Source of the DNA: Laetmonice hystrix
Lineage: Eukaryota
DNA length: 64,000 nt
Assembly (NCBI GenBank): GCA_965235115.1
Contig: OZ249436.1
Location: forward strand, 51,276,001-51,340,000
Direction: 5' to 3'
A model generated the notes under the pieces. That model ran no database searches. It was not told the DNA's origin and was given only the letters and a program-made list of their open reading frames with translations. The translations under genes and the position numbers were made by a program. Below, piece after piece: positions 53,206 to 64,000 of the stretch. Numbering within the stretch: position 1 is the stretch's first letter; each line of letters starts with the position of its first letter.

Positions 53206-54047
53206 CATAGATACTTTTGTTAATGTGGCATACATTGGCTCACTGATGACATATTGTATATCATAGATACTTTTGTTAATGTGGCATACATTGTCTCACT
53301 GATGACATATAGTACATCATAGATACTTTTGTTAATGTGGCATACATTGTCTCACTGATGACATATAGTACATCATAGATACTTTTGTTAATGTGTCATA
53401 CATTGTCTCACTGATGACATATAGTACATCATAGATACTTTTTTTAATGTGGCATACATTGTCTCACTGATGACATATAGTACATCATAGATACTTTTGT
53501 TAATGTAGCATACATTGTCTCACTGATGACATATAGTACATCATAGATACTTTTGTTAATGTGGCGTACATTGTCTCACTGATGACATATAGTACATCAT
53601 AGATACTTTTGTTAATGTGGCGTACATTGTCTCACTGATGACATATAGTACATCATAGATACTTTTGTTAATGTGGCATACATTGTCTCACTGATGACAT
53701 ATTGTACATCATAGATACTTTTGTTAATGTGGCATACATTGTCTCACTGATGACATATTGTACATCATAGATACTTTTGTTAATGTGGCATACATTGTCT
53801 CACTGATGACATATTGTACATCATAGATACTTTTGTTAATGTGGCATACATTGTCTCTCCGATGACATATAGTACATCATAGATACTTTTGTTAATGTGG
53901 CATACATTGTCTCTCCGATGACATATAGTACATCATAGATAGTTTTGTTAATGTGGCATACATTGTCTCACTGATGACATATAGTACATCATAGATACTT
54001 TTGTTAATGTGGCATACATTGTCTCACTGATGACATATTGTACATCA
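53206..54047. repeat. 56-bp minisatellite, about 15 copies
   Basis: CATAGATACTTTTGTTAATGTGGCATACATTGTCTCACTGATGACATATAGTACAT repeated. Confidence 0.97.
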
Positions 54048-54626
54048 TGCATGGTCTTATTACTACCCGAATGTCTTGTTGACTGTACGAAATTAATTTT
54101 CACTTTTAAATTCATTTTCCTTACTTTATTGATAGAGATTACGTTATGTTAATCGGGCACAGCCCCATTCAGCTCTTGGTGATTTAAACCTGTATTGACT
54201 TATGATAATGACCGACTTTTTATAATTATTTTAGTATCAATACGCTTCAATACATCGCCCAGAATATGGAAACACGGGAAAGAAATCCGTTTGCTTTAAC
54301 GTTCCAACGTTCGTAGGGATGCATAAACGTGAAATCGCCGCAAAATTCCGAGAGTGCAAGATCATAGTATATTGTGAATATACTCGCACTAAATACACCT
54401 ATTGATCTTTGGAGATAGTACATGGTCCCTGTAATTTTAATCTGGATGAAGATAATTAACGTTAAAGGAGATCCCACACATTGGTATATTGTTATATTAC
54501 TCACGCAAGGACGGAATTATATTTGATAATGGCCAGGGAGTAAGTAAAAAAGGAGGTGGTTAAATTACTCCGGACAACCAACACATTCGCTCCATGTATA
54601 GGAATAACGGGAGTAGGCCTATTATA

Positions 54627-54853
54627 CCCTCCCCCTCCGCTCCCATCCTCACTCCCCCTCCACCTCCTCTTCCCCCTCCCCCCTTCCTCCTCACTCCCAC
54701 TCCTCCCCATCCTCCTCACTCCCCCTCTACCTCCTCCCTCCCTCCCCCTCCCCCTCCTCCCCTTCCTCCTCACTCCCCCTCCTCCCCCTCCTCCTCACTC
54801 CCCCATCCTCCTCACTCCCCCTCCGCCCCCATCCTCCCCCCTCCCACCACCAT
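54627..54853. repeat. C-rich polypyrimidine low-complexity tract
   Basis: CCTCCTCACTCCCCCT-like units, almost no G on +. Confidence 0.9.
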
Positions 54854-55821
54854 CCAATACGAAGCCCTCGGAGTAATCTATTTGTACGCCATGTAGGCGT
54901 ACTAATAAGTATGCCCGTGTGGCCGTGAACGACTCGGATTCATCACTTTCAATTGACGCCCTTCAGGTGTCCCGGAGATCGTGAATATTGCCTCCCAGTC
55001 GACATGGCTATGGTCGCGGCATGTACAGTACAACTTGACATGCTGTGCTTGTATTCTCTGATCAGTTCAAGCAATAAGTGGGTTCTATACCAATAAACCG
55101 TATACCTCGAAATCTCCTTTATTTGCGGTGAAAAGATCATGTGTCAAGTTTTTTATTCAGCCCCTCTTGGTATTTGATCGGCGTTGACAATGATGGATTG
55201 TACTTTGCCTTCACTTAGGGAACTAAACATGATTTCAGATGTACTGAATATATATCTGAAATGGAATAAGGGTTAAATTAAGTGCTTTGCGTTATAAGAC
55301 GCTGCGGAAACGTGCTCTCTTGACTTGTTGGACATTCCTGAATATCCTGGACAACTGGTCCACTTGGAACTCCCAGCAATATCCGTCAACATAACCGAGA
55401 AATGCACGTCATGCAGTGTAACCATTTGAAGGAAGTAGGCCTCTACAAAATATCTGCCACTAGTCGAAGAAGAAGAAGAAGAGTGCATGTGACCAGCGAC
55501 GGATTAACGTAGTAGCATTATGCCACGGGCCCCGTATTTTCGAGGGCCCCACACTATAGGCCTAAATACTTGTTAGCTGTTGAAATCGGCGGCACAAGTA
55601 TTTATGTAGAGGTACATCCATGTTTTTCTCTAATGGGGGATTAGGGCAGGTTAGCTTTATTATGGTCACTAGGCCTAGGCCCTACGGCCCATCCGCCCAT
55701 GTTATGTGTATTTTTTAGAATTTAGGGATGCTTTATAAGATAAAGTTACAGACCCTGCACTAGACTGCCCTGGATGTGACAGACACATGCATGCTGTATG
55801 AACTAATTAACATCCTGCGTT

Positions 55822-56449
55822 TGTGCATAGAATTACTATGTATGCTAGGACTACAGGTCAGACTGTGCATAGAATTACTATGTATGCTAGGACTACAGGT
55901 CAGACTGTGCATAGAATTACTATGTATGCTAGGACTACAGGTCAGACTGTGCATAGAATTACTATGTGCTAGGACTACAGGTCAGACTGTGCATAGAACT
56001 ACTATGTATGCTAGGACTACAGGTCAGACTGTGCATAGAATTACTATGTATGCTAGGACTACAGGTCAGACTGTGCATAGAATTACTATATATGCTAGGA
56101 CTACAGGTCAGACTGTGCATAGAATTACTATGTATGCTAGGACTACATGTCAGACTGTGCATAGAATTACTATGTATGCTAGGACTACATTTCAGACTGT
56201 GCATAGAATTACTATGTATGCTAGGACTACAGGTCAGACTGTGCATAGAATTACTATGTATGCTACGATTACAGGTCAGACTGTGCATAGAATTACTATG
56301 TATGCTAGGACTACAGGTCAGACTGTGCATAGAATTACTATGTATGCTAGGACTACAGGTCAGACTGTGCATAGAATTACTATGTATGCTAGGACTACAG
56401 ACCAGACTGTGCATAGAATTACTATGTATGCTAGGACTACAGGTCAGAC
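55822..56449. repeat. 42-bp minisatellite, about 15 copies
   Basis: GTGCATAGAATTACTATGTATGCTAGGACTACAGGTCAGACT repeated; unit length divisible by 3 produces repeat ORFs. Confidence 0.97.
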
Positions 56450-58868
56450 CCTTATACCATGTGACCCGGTGGAGGGACCTGCGCCACTAGTACATGGATC
56501 CCACTACGAATACATAATAATTGTCATATTTTACGATAATCCCTGACGTACACACGCACGCACGTACGCACATTGTATAACTAAAAACATTACTTGTATA
56601 ATTAAAATACTAGAGTCAATAAGTATGCGCTTCTGCATCTTGAAACACTCTTTTTAAATGATCTAATATCCGGAGGATTTCAGATTTAATATCCGTTTCC
56701 TTATCCTTCACTGACATCGGGAGTAGGGTAGGAAATTAAAAACATTAGATAGAGGGCAGAAAACCTTGCCAACAGATCCACAGTGCATTACCATATCTTT
56801 TAGGAGGGAAGAAGTTCGATTCAGTATATGAGTTCATTTCTCATGGTTGTATACAAAGTCGCCCTTTTAGTTTTGCATTCGTTTTGCTTTGTTCGTTGGC
56901 CAGTTCGGAGAAATGTTCTAGATACCGTTTCCATATAAATGAATAAAATCTGATGTTAAAATATAGCAATTATCAGTTCTGTCGATTGGCGTCGATATGA
57001 TATAATTAATATATCGGTAAAAAAAAATACTGATAGTCTTACGGGCACCAAGCCCAACTGATGCTCAAGTAATCAATCAATCGATCGATCGGGAAAGAGA
57101 GACAGAAGGAGAAAGAAATATGAGAAACGATTAAGTTAATCAGTTATAAGAAATTACCAGATTCTAATCCCCATTTCCCTACACTACTTACGAAGCGTTC
57201 TTAGTGAAAATGTCTCAGACGTATTTCGGACTTAGCATAAGGTTAGGATGAAATAACACCAAGATAACGGCCTTGGACGACTGCCTTTAACGTATTTCAT
57301 CAAGTCTTTTTTCTCTCCAAGCTATAGGATACTCAAGATATGCACTTTACATTTAAGATAATGGTGTTATCAAACTGGTTATGTAGTCGGGCCTAAATGT
57401 AATTAGACCTGCAATAATTTTAATAATTGTAATAATTACTATTGGGTGAATCCTATTAACCTCGATAAGGTTAGACTATCGCCCATCAGTGAGACAGCGA
57501 TTAGTGGTGTCTCAGTGACATCCCAGATTGTGAATGATCCATCTGTTAGATTGGATGATAGAGAATCCTTATAAATTAATTTTACAAGTCTGATTATATG
57601 TTTATTACCCAGATTTCCCATTTCTCATTATTCTGCCTCTGGTTGATAGCACGAGGCCTGAGCTACATCCGTCACGGTCTGTTCATTCATGATCGAGAGA
57701 AAAGCAATACAGGAAATTAATTCTTATACTGGAAAGTCGTCCTGAAGCAGCTGAAAACAGCCTAAATACACTGCTTTCTGCTATAAAATATTCATAACGG
57801 ATATTATATAGTCCATCCTTATTATGTACACCATATAGCATTGGCTTCGCCAAGTAGTTCCACGAATATAATGCCTAGAGGAAATTAATATAGCAAATTG
57901 CCGGGTGGATATTAATGAACGTGTCTCAATGTCAAGAATATATTATGAAGAGCCTCAGTGATACAACTGGGGGAATGGAAAATTACGTGTGGCATAGCTC
58001 TATTGTTATTTCTTCCATTATAATCTCCTTTAACGTTAACATATCTCTGCTTTTATTGTCGATATTAAACATATTTGATTATTTCATTTTTAAGCAACGA
58101 CCGGAAGGCATTTTTATCACCAATGGGGATTATACCTATATCTCGCTGCCTAAGCAGCCGCGCCTATTTCATCACATGGATATTGTAAATGATCAGGTAT
58201 TTTTTACATTTTCATTTTAAGCTTTCACAGCATTTTCTAAATGTGTATCGCTGAGTTATTTCACACATTTCTTCACATAACTACAAGAGTTTGACGAACT
58301 TCAGAATGATATATTACTCCCACTCTTACTTTTTCAAGGATCAATTTCTTGCCACAGATAACTCAGGTCTGAATTGTCATGTATGAATTCGGTTTTCCAC
58401 AATCGGAGCTTATAACGCATGATCCCTTCACTTGTATTTATCAAAATGCATTTCCTCGACGGTTCCTTGGGAAATGGCTTCCAATGGATTATTGATTATC
58501 AACAAGAGTATTGCTTTCGATCGCGACCTCCAAGTCAAATAAGTCCAATATTTTCAGAGGTTATCAGGCCACATGACAAACATTAACGATATCATAATGC
58601 GAAGTACACCATTGATTTCCTTTCCACTATATTTGTACCATGTAACATCATCTTGACCGACCGGGAACGTATAATTGACGATGTGGGCCAAAGTGGCAGA
58701 GTCTCCATAAGTCTACCTATTATAGGGCGCCTATATTCACCAATCATGACATGCCACTTTGTATAGGGGAGCCTATGTTTACGCAGTCTGGCAAATACTG
58801 GACTGATTCCCTAACATTACTGGAGAAAGAATAAAGCCTTGTATGATAAAAGATGTATAGACTATTAC

Positions 58869-59007
58869 CTGTATGAAATCCGAGTATCACCAATAGGACC
58901 ACAGCACACGCTGAGATCCGTGGGACAAACAGTCTCCGTTCTCCTCGCAAGTCTCCTGTAATAACATCCTCACCGTCGGCGTGCCCTGTCACTCTCAAGT
59001 CCGGCAT
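58869..59007 (-). CDS. Ly6/uPAR protein, first coding exon (signal peptide); CDS 139+174+224 = 537 nt, 178 aa
   Basis: MPDLRVTG...PRISACAVVLLVILGFHT then G|gtaata phase 1, joining in frame to give ..HTASA-ILCVQC, the usual signal-peptide exon layout of Ly6 genes; acceptor cctatag| at 59014. Confidence 0.75.
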
Positions 59008-59335
59008 GATTCTTCTATAGGATCGGCAAATATATGGATCAATATCAAACAACTGCTAGCCACCGTTCTGTAAATATGGCAATGGGACCATAACTATAAG
59101 TCTACGCCGTTGTTGGTTTTCATGATCATATAATGCAAAATGAAAAATCCAAATGTCTCTATATGATGAAATTCCGGTCGTTCATATGATGTTTGTACTA
59201 AGTGCTGCCCAACGCAGGATCGATGGCTTTCCTTGTTGACACCCCAACCACAGAGTTCTGTGCCCCAACGCCGGCTTGAGGTTGAGGAGGGTCTTCGAGT
59301 GCGCGTCTGGGGCAGAGGCGATTCATCGGACTTAC

Positions 59336-59363
59336 CGTTATCGTCAAGTTCCTTTATAACTCA
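59336..59363 (-). other. Candidate 28-nt 5'UTR micro-exon of the Ly6 gene
   Basis: Acceptor tttttttcaatttctgtccacacag| and strong donor CG|GTAAGT. Confidence 0.4.
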
Positions 59364-59733
59364 CTGTGTGGACAGAAATTGAAAAAAACGATTGAATAAA
59401 TTGATACTTGATAGGTCTTTACCCTTCTTCAATTAAAAAGATTTCAACATAATGGGTTCACAGCCCTGTAAATTGATAGCTAATACAAAACACGATGTTA
59501 AATATGGAATAGGCCCACAACAATTAGCGCCGGCCTGTTTTGGTTGACGTACCTCTCGTAACTGCTCGTATTGTCCAGAACCAAGATTTTTTTTTATACA
59601 TGTACATGTTTTCTCCTTATATTTTAACACGGGCAGTAACCATGTGCCCTCATATAGCAATAGAGTTGTATTTTTGTCTTCGAAACTGAGATACCTAATA
59701 ATCTAACGACTGGAACTTCAGATTCTGCTTTAC

Positions 59734-60080
59734 CTCGTGGACGGGACGGTCGTTGTGGCCCTTGGCGACGACAGTGGGCGACAGTGGCATCTGGCCGGTC
59801 ATTCCGGGAAGCTGGTCCAATCGACGGAGTCAGGCAGACGGAAGGAGGTCAGGTAGGCACATGCCCAAGGTCGCTATAATCAGAAACACGCGGTTCACCC
59901 GACAACTGTCCCTCTATAATTGAAGAAGAGCGACCAAACAGAACGCACTCATCGTGCCTTGCGCGAACCTTGCTGGTGGCGCCACTCCCCGGACAACGAC
60001 AAACACGATTCGTTACGTCGATACGCGTCGACACACTATCGCTTCTTTCTCTCTCTGCTCTGTCTCTCTTTGCTCTCTCT

Positions 60081-60125
<45 letters not shown>
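59734..60125 (-). promoter_or_regulatory. Candidate first non-coding exon and promoter of the Ly6 gene
   Basis: CpG-rich segment ending in donor GAG|GTAAAG at 59734, preceded on - by a (GA)n tract at 60045-60123. Confidence 0.4.
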
Positions 60126-60127
<2 letters not shown>

Positions 60128-60446
60128 GACAGCAACACGCTACCAAATAACTAGCAGCTCATCAACGTCAATATAGGCTTATCAATGCTAGACAATACAG
60201 TCCCGTTATTTGCGTTTGTCCGAACAAAGGACCGTTCTTATTGAGCTACGTGGTCGGTCCGATAACCGTCAGCAACGCGTAACAATTCCTTTGATTTGTG
60301 AATGGGGACGATGCATTGTGTAACTGGATTCATAAATCAGGCAATCTATAAGATGTTTCGATGGCTGTCAGTTGTGGACAGTTAGATCATGCAGCTCTTC
60401 GCTGGGCGCCCTCATGTTAGTGGCTGTCAATGACAGCAACCATTAT

Positions 60447-62395
60447 AACTAGATACGTTGTGGCGACACCACAATTGATCCCACCCCCGGGGAATCACGT
60501 CATGTAGGCCTATGACACGTTCTGAGTGGGGTAAATAATATGGCTCAATCTTGCGCAGAGAATTATAAGCTTTAGAAGAGTAGGGCCTAAATGATGTAAT
60601 TATGAGGTGCACATGACACGTCAGGCAACGTAATAAATCTTGGTCCCAAATGAAAGAGCATGTAGATCTACTTCCTATTAGTGTTTAATAGTAACTATAG
60701 TTCCAACTTCAACCATTTACAAGTCATTGCCCCGAGAAAAATATCTATGACACCTTATGATGTCATGAGACACGTCACGTAAAAAATGTCAAGCGAAAGA
60801 TCATATATGATTTCCTATTCGTGTTATGTTGTAACCATGGCTCTATCTTGAACATTTGGTTTATTACTTAGAAGCCTTGGAAGATGCCAATGGCATCATT
60901 ATGACATCATACCAATGGCATCATTATGACATCATAATTATGATACGCTACATAATAAATCTTGGTGTCAATTGAAAGAGCATACATACAATGTATGACT
61001 TCCTATTCCTGTTCAATAGTAACCATGACTCCATCTTTCACCGTTATAGATTTTATTTAATCATAGGAAACATGTTAGACTTTCAAAATAAATTATTATT
61101 TTCGAAATTGGTTGACTCCTGACCATTTGACCACTAACCTTTGACCATTCAAAAAAAATATCGTCCTGTATCCCATACGGGATACGCCCAGAATTATGTT
61201 TTTTTATCCCTTATCCGATACGGGATACGACTGGAAAGGGTTAAGAAAATGATGTTAACATCATTATAATCTCATACGTCATGCAGGATCAGATCCAGTA
61301 CTGCAAAAAAGGAGGGGCACCAAAGGTGCAAGGTGAACATGGGCGGGGGATACTTGAATTTAGAAGGTCAAAGAACGTTATTTCTAGAGTAGCATATGAA
61401 GTTTCTCAAAGAATTTGAGGCGCATGTCGGCAGGGGTCCGGGGGCTGGACCCGCTCCCCTGCTCCCCCAGACCATAGATTCTTTTTCCCTTAGATTCAAC
61501 GGAACAACATCGAACGAACAGGTGCAAAGCATTCCGCCCATTTTAAACTGGGCTCTGTGTATTCAGAGTTGCCAACCGTCAGAGGGCAAAAATATTATTG
61601 TGAAGACTATACCCATTAAATCTTACAATTCTGGCTAGATTACCTTTAAAAAAACCAACTAAACAATCAGTGGTATACCTGAATCTTTACACTTTGTAAT
61701 TGTTGTATTTGTATGTGGCTATCTTAAACACGTTTCAAGGTAGAGCCTGTCAAAGTGATATTACATATTTCATCATAAATAAAAAAATATTGGTAAATTT
61801 ATGAAAAGAATTATGCAAAGCGATCAATCGTCAATAGCAGCACATATCTAGTGACCAAATACACGATTCCTATATGACTGAAGCAGTTTTAGAAAAAATA
61901 TGTCAAAAGTGACAAAGTTGAAAGTCACGTGGTTCGGCGAAAATAGGTCAAATCGCTAATCCCTGAAATCATCATGTGGACCTTTCGTCAAAGAGTGTTT
62001 CTGCCGAATATTATCGAATTTTGCCAAAAAATTGAGGAGAAGCAATATAACCGATTTGTCACCTGGGACCCAGTTCTTCCTAAGGTCAAAGGTCAAATTA
62101 AGGCTCAAATTGAGGCAGCACCCTTGGCCAATTATGAGCTCCCAATATGAGCTCAGAAAATGTCTTCAATGTTCAAAATATGTTGGACGTCATCACGTGA
62201 CGTCACATGACGTCATGATTCGCTGCCTGACCAGACTCATTGTCAAGATGTGTGCCAAATTTCATTTAGATATGTTGAAAATTGATTGAGATACACATAC
62301 ATGTCTAACTGCTACTACGACGACGCTAAAAACTAGACACGATGTGGTGATACCACAATGGATCCCATCCCCTGGGTGTCCCGTCTGACATCTTG
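60447..62395 (-). mobile_element. Second, more decayed copy or copies of the 14.4-15.8 kb Helitron/Helentron family, with nested MITE remnants
   Basis: Reverse complement at 60447-60492 GGGGTGGGATCAATTGTGGTGTCGCCACAACGTATCTAGTT (hairpin plus CTAG); inverted monomers at 60600-61050; homology to 14530/14690 at 61920-62100; a second terminus at 62331-62395. Confidence 0.65.
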
Positions 62396-62637
62396 GCTGA
62401 CGATACCTGTACCTATCTTATACAGCATACCATCTCTTACCTTATAGGGCTACCATCATCAGGTCATTACTCAACCAATCTACCAACGCCATACTACCAA
62501 TTACCCATATTTGCCAAAGTCCCTAGTATTTTAAACAATATAAATTTCAGACAATATATTATTGCTTGATTTGCTGATGTGTCCACCTTGGTGGGCATCT
62601 CCTCCCCAAATTTAATCAATTTAATCAAGGATAGACA

Positions 62638-63205
62638 GAGATATAATAAGGAACTTACTAGTAGAATCATGTAAAAATACAAATTGAGAGAGGAAAGTAG
62701 GGGGTGGACGAAGGAAGAAAGGGTCAGATTGTTGCTCTCAATATTGCCTGCCAGACTCTACGGCCATGATGGAACTGCCGACATCTAGGCGGACGATACT
62801 TGTATTGTATAACATAACAGTGCATAGGCCTATTGGTTAGAGAGAGCACATCTTCCGTACTTCACATTTGGAATTAATTTATTCTAAACGAAAAAAGGGA
62901 TATACAAAGATATGAGATCAACATATACCACCTCTCAATGCGCCCTCTATCGTGGAGTTGCCACCTAGCGGCACATAGCTGACACACAGCTGGCTGTCGA
63001 TGGACTGACGCGAGGCCATTTGTACGAAGGATACACACAGATATAATAAGAAATAGCCTTACTAGTAGAACCATGTAACAGAAATTGGGAGAGGGAGGTA
63101 GGGGATGGAAGAAGGAAGAAAAGAAAGGGTCGGATTGTTGTACTCCATAGTGCCTGCAGGACTCTACGGCCATGATGGAACTGCCGACATCTACGCGGAC
63201 GATAT
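62638..63205. repeat. Diverged ~165-bp direct duplication (62638-62800 and 63040-63205)
   Basis: Shared CTTACTAGTAGAA..AAGGAAGAAA..GACTCTACGGCCATGATGGAACTGCCGACATCTA.GCGGACGATA. Confidence 0.85.
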
Positions 63206-63250
63206 ATAGGCAATTAAATCTGAACCTTGGCCCAATGGCTGGGCAATTAA

Positions 63251-63860
63251 AGAGACGCGTCACTTTTCTCAGTGGCGCCACCTCGTAGCAATTGACGAAC
63301 TCTATTTTTACACGTTGCAACGCGTTTTTTACGTCACTCAATGCTGTCAACAACACGGCAATGCAGAGGCAGAGTCAAGTCTGGCCGCTTCGCATCCCAG
63401 AAACAGTTTGACAAAAGGCTTCACGATGCCAGAAAAATGTACTTGACTATGTGTTTTAACATTGGAGTCTATGGGACCGATAAGACCCTTGGTAGTGAAA
63501 ATGTCGATATCTCATGAATTTCCATGGTGACATATGATTTTTTTTAATCTAAAGTGTTCAAAACAAGTCATGCAACAATTCTGAGAAGTATTTTCAGAAT
63601 CTCTGGGTTAGAAATGTCTGAAAAAAATCTTCTCTCTTTTAATTCGAACCAAAAATTTCACGTATCTCTCTCTACTCTAGACTGTAGTAGGCTAGTGCGA
63701 GTTGAAGGCCTATCTTCAAATGCTCATAACTCAGGATCCGATATGGTGACCCGCCATTTTCTTTGCACCAAAATACTCGAAAAATGTAGAATTATTTTAT
63801 GTGAAAGTAGCCTGAAAATCTCTGGGTCAGAAATTTTTGGCTTATTGGTGTCGAGTCCCT
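63251..63860. mobile_element. Kolobok-like MITE inserted at TTAA within a 33-bp tandem repeat
   Basis: ttaa|AGAGACGCGTCAC ... GTGTCGAGTCCCT|ttaa; flanks rejoin to the repeat AATTAAATCTGAGCCTTGGTCCAATGG; shares GGTGACATATGATTTTTTT with the 42.2 and 50.3 kb elements. Confidence 0.75.
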
Positions 63861-64000
63861 TTAAGTCTGAGCCTTGGTCCAATGGCCGAGAAATTAAATC
63901 TGAGCCTTGGTCCAATGGTCGGGCAATTAAATTGAGTTTTTGCATGGCCCAATGTCCGGGCAATTAAATCTGAGCCTTAGTACATGCAGTGGCCAGGCAA

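Noticed and set aside
54247..54430. Possible extra Ly6 exon (GTMYYLQRS...)
   Set aside because: Weak acceptor, no LU cysteine pattern, and it would terminate the protein before the domain
54501..54896. Pro-rich and Gly/Arg-rich ORFs
   Set aside because: Translations of a low-complexity C-rich tract
55760..56546. Long repeat-protein ORFs (256, 174 and 150 aa)
   Set aside because: By-product of a 42-bp unit that is open in several frames on both strands
61135..61243. piggyBac-like MITE (..AAAGGG|TTAA end, GTATCCCATACGGGATAC palindrome)
   Set aside because: Only the right end is convincing; left TIR and TSD are too degenerate to call

Overview
Eukaryotic DNA from an invertebrate animal, judged from the GT-AG introns and the gene and repeat content; the species cannot be determined from the sequence. 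Three protein-coding genes are supported. (1) The terminal exon of COX11 on + (6359-6523). (2) A complete 4-exon fascin/singed gene on - (37954 to 24974, 504 aa). (3) A complete Ly6/uPAR (three-finger, quiver/sleepless-like) GPI-anchored protein gene on - with 3 coding exons (59007 to 45327, 178 aa); its last exon is absent from the ORF track. The rest is intron and intergenic DNA rich in non-autonomous transposons. These include a 6.9-kb decayed Harbinger-like shell holding two Helitron/Helentron-type elements (one with a ~150/455/910-bp hierarchical array), TTAA-targeting Kolobok-like MITEs, CAG..CTG MITEs with 5-bp TSDs, and Tc1- and Tourist-like MITEs. There are also several minisatellites. 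No rRNA, tRNA, CRISPR array or intact transposase was found, and I cannot claim a new biological system. The best leads are the 12-Cys Ly6 protein with a very long signal peptide, the fascin lacking the PKC Ser39 site, and the motif-dense Helentron higher-order array.
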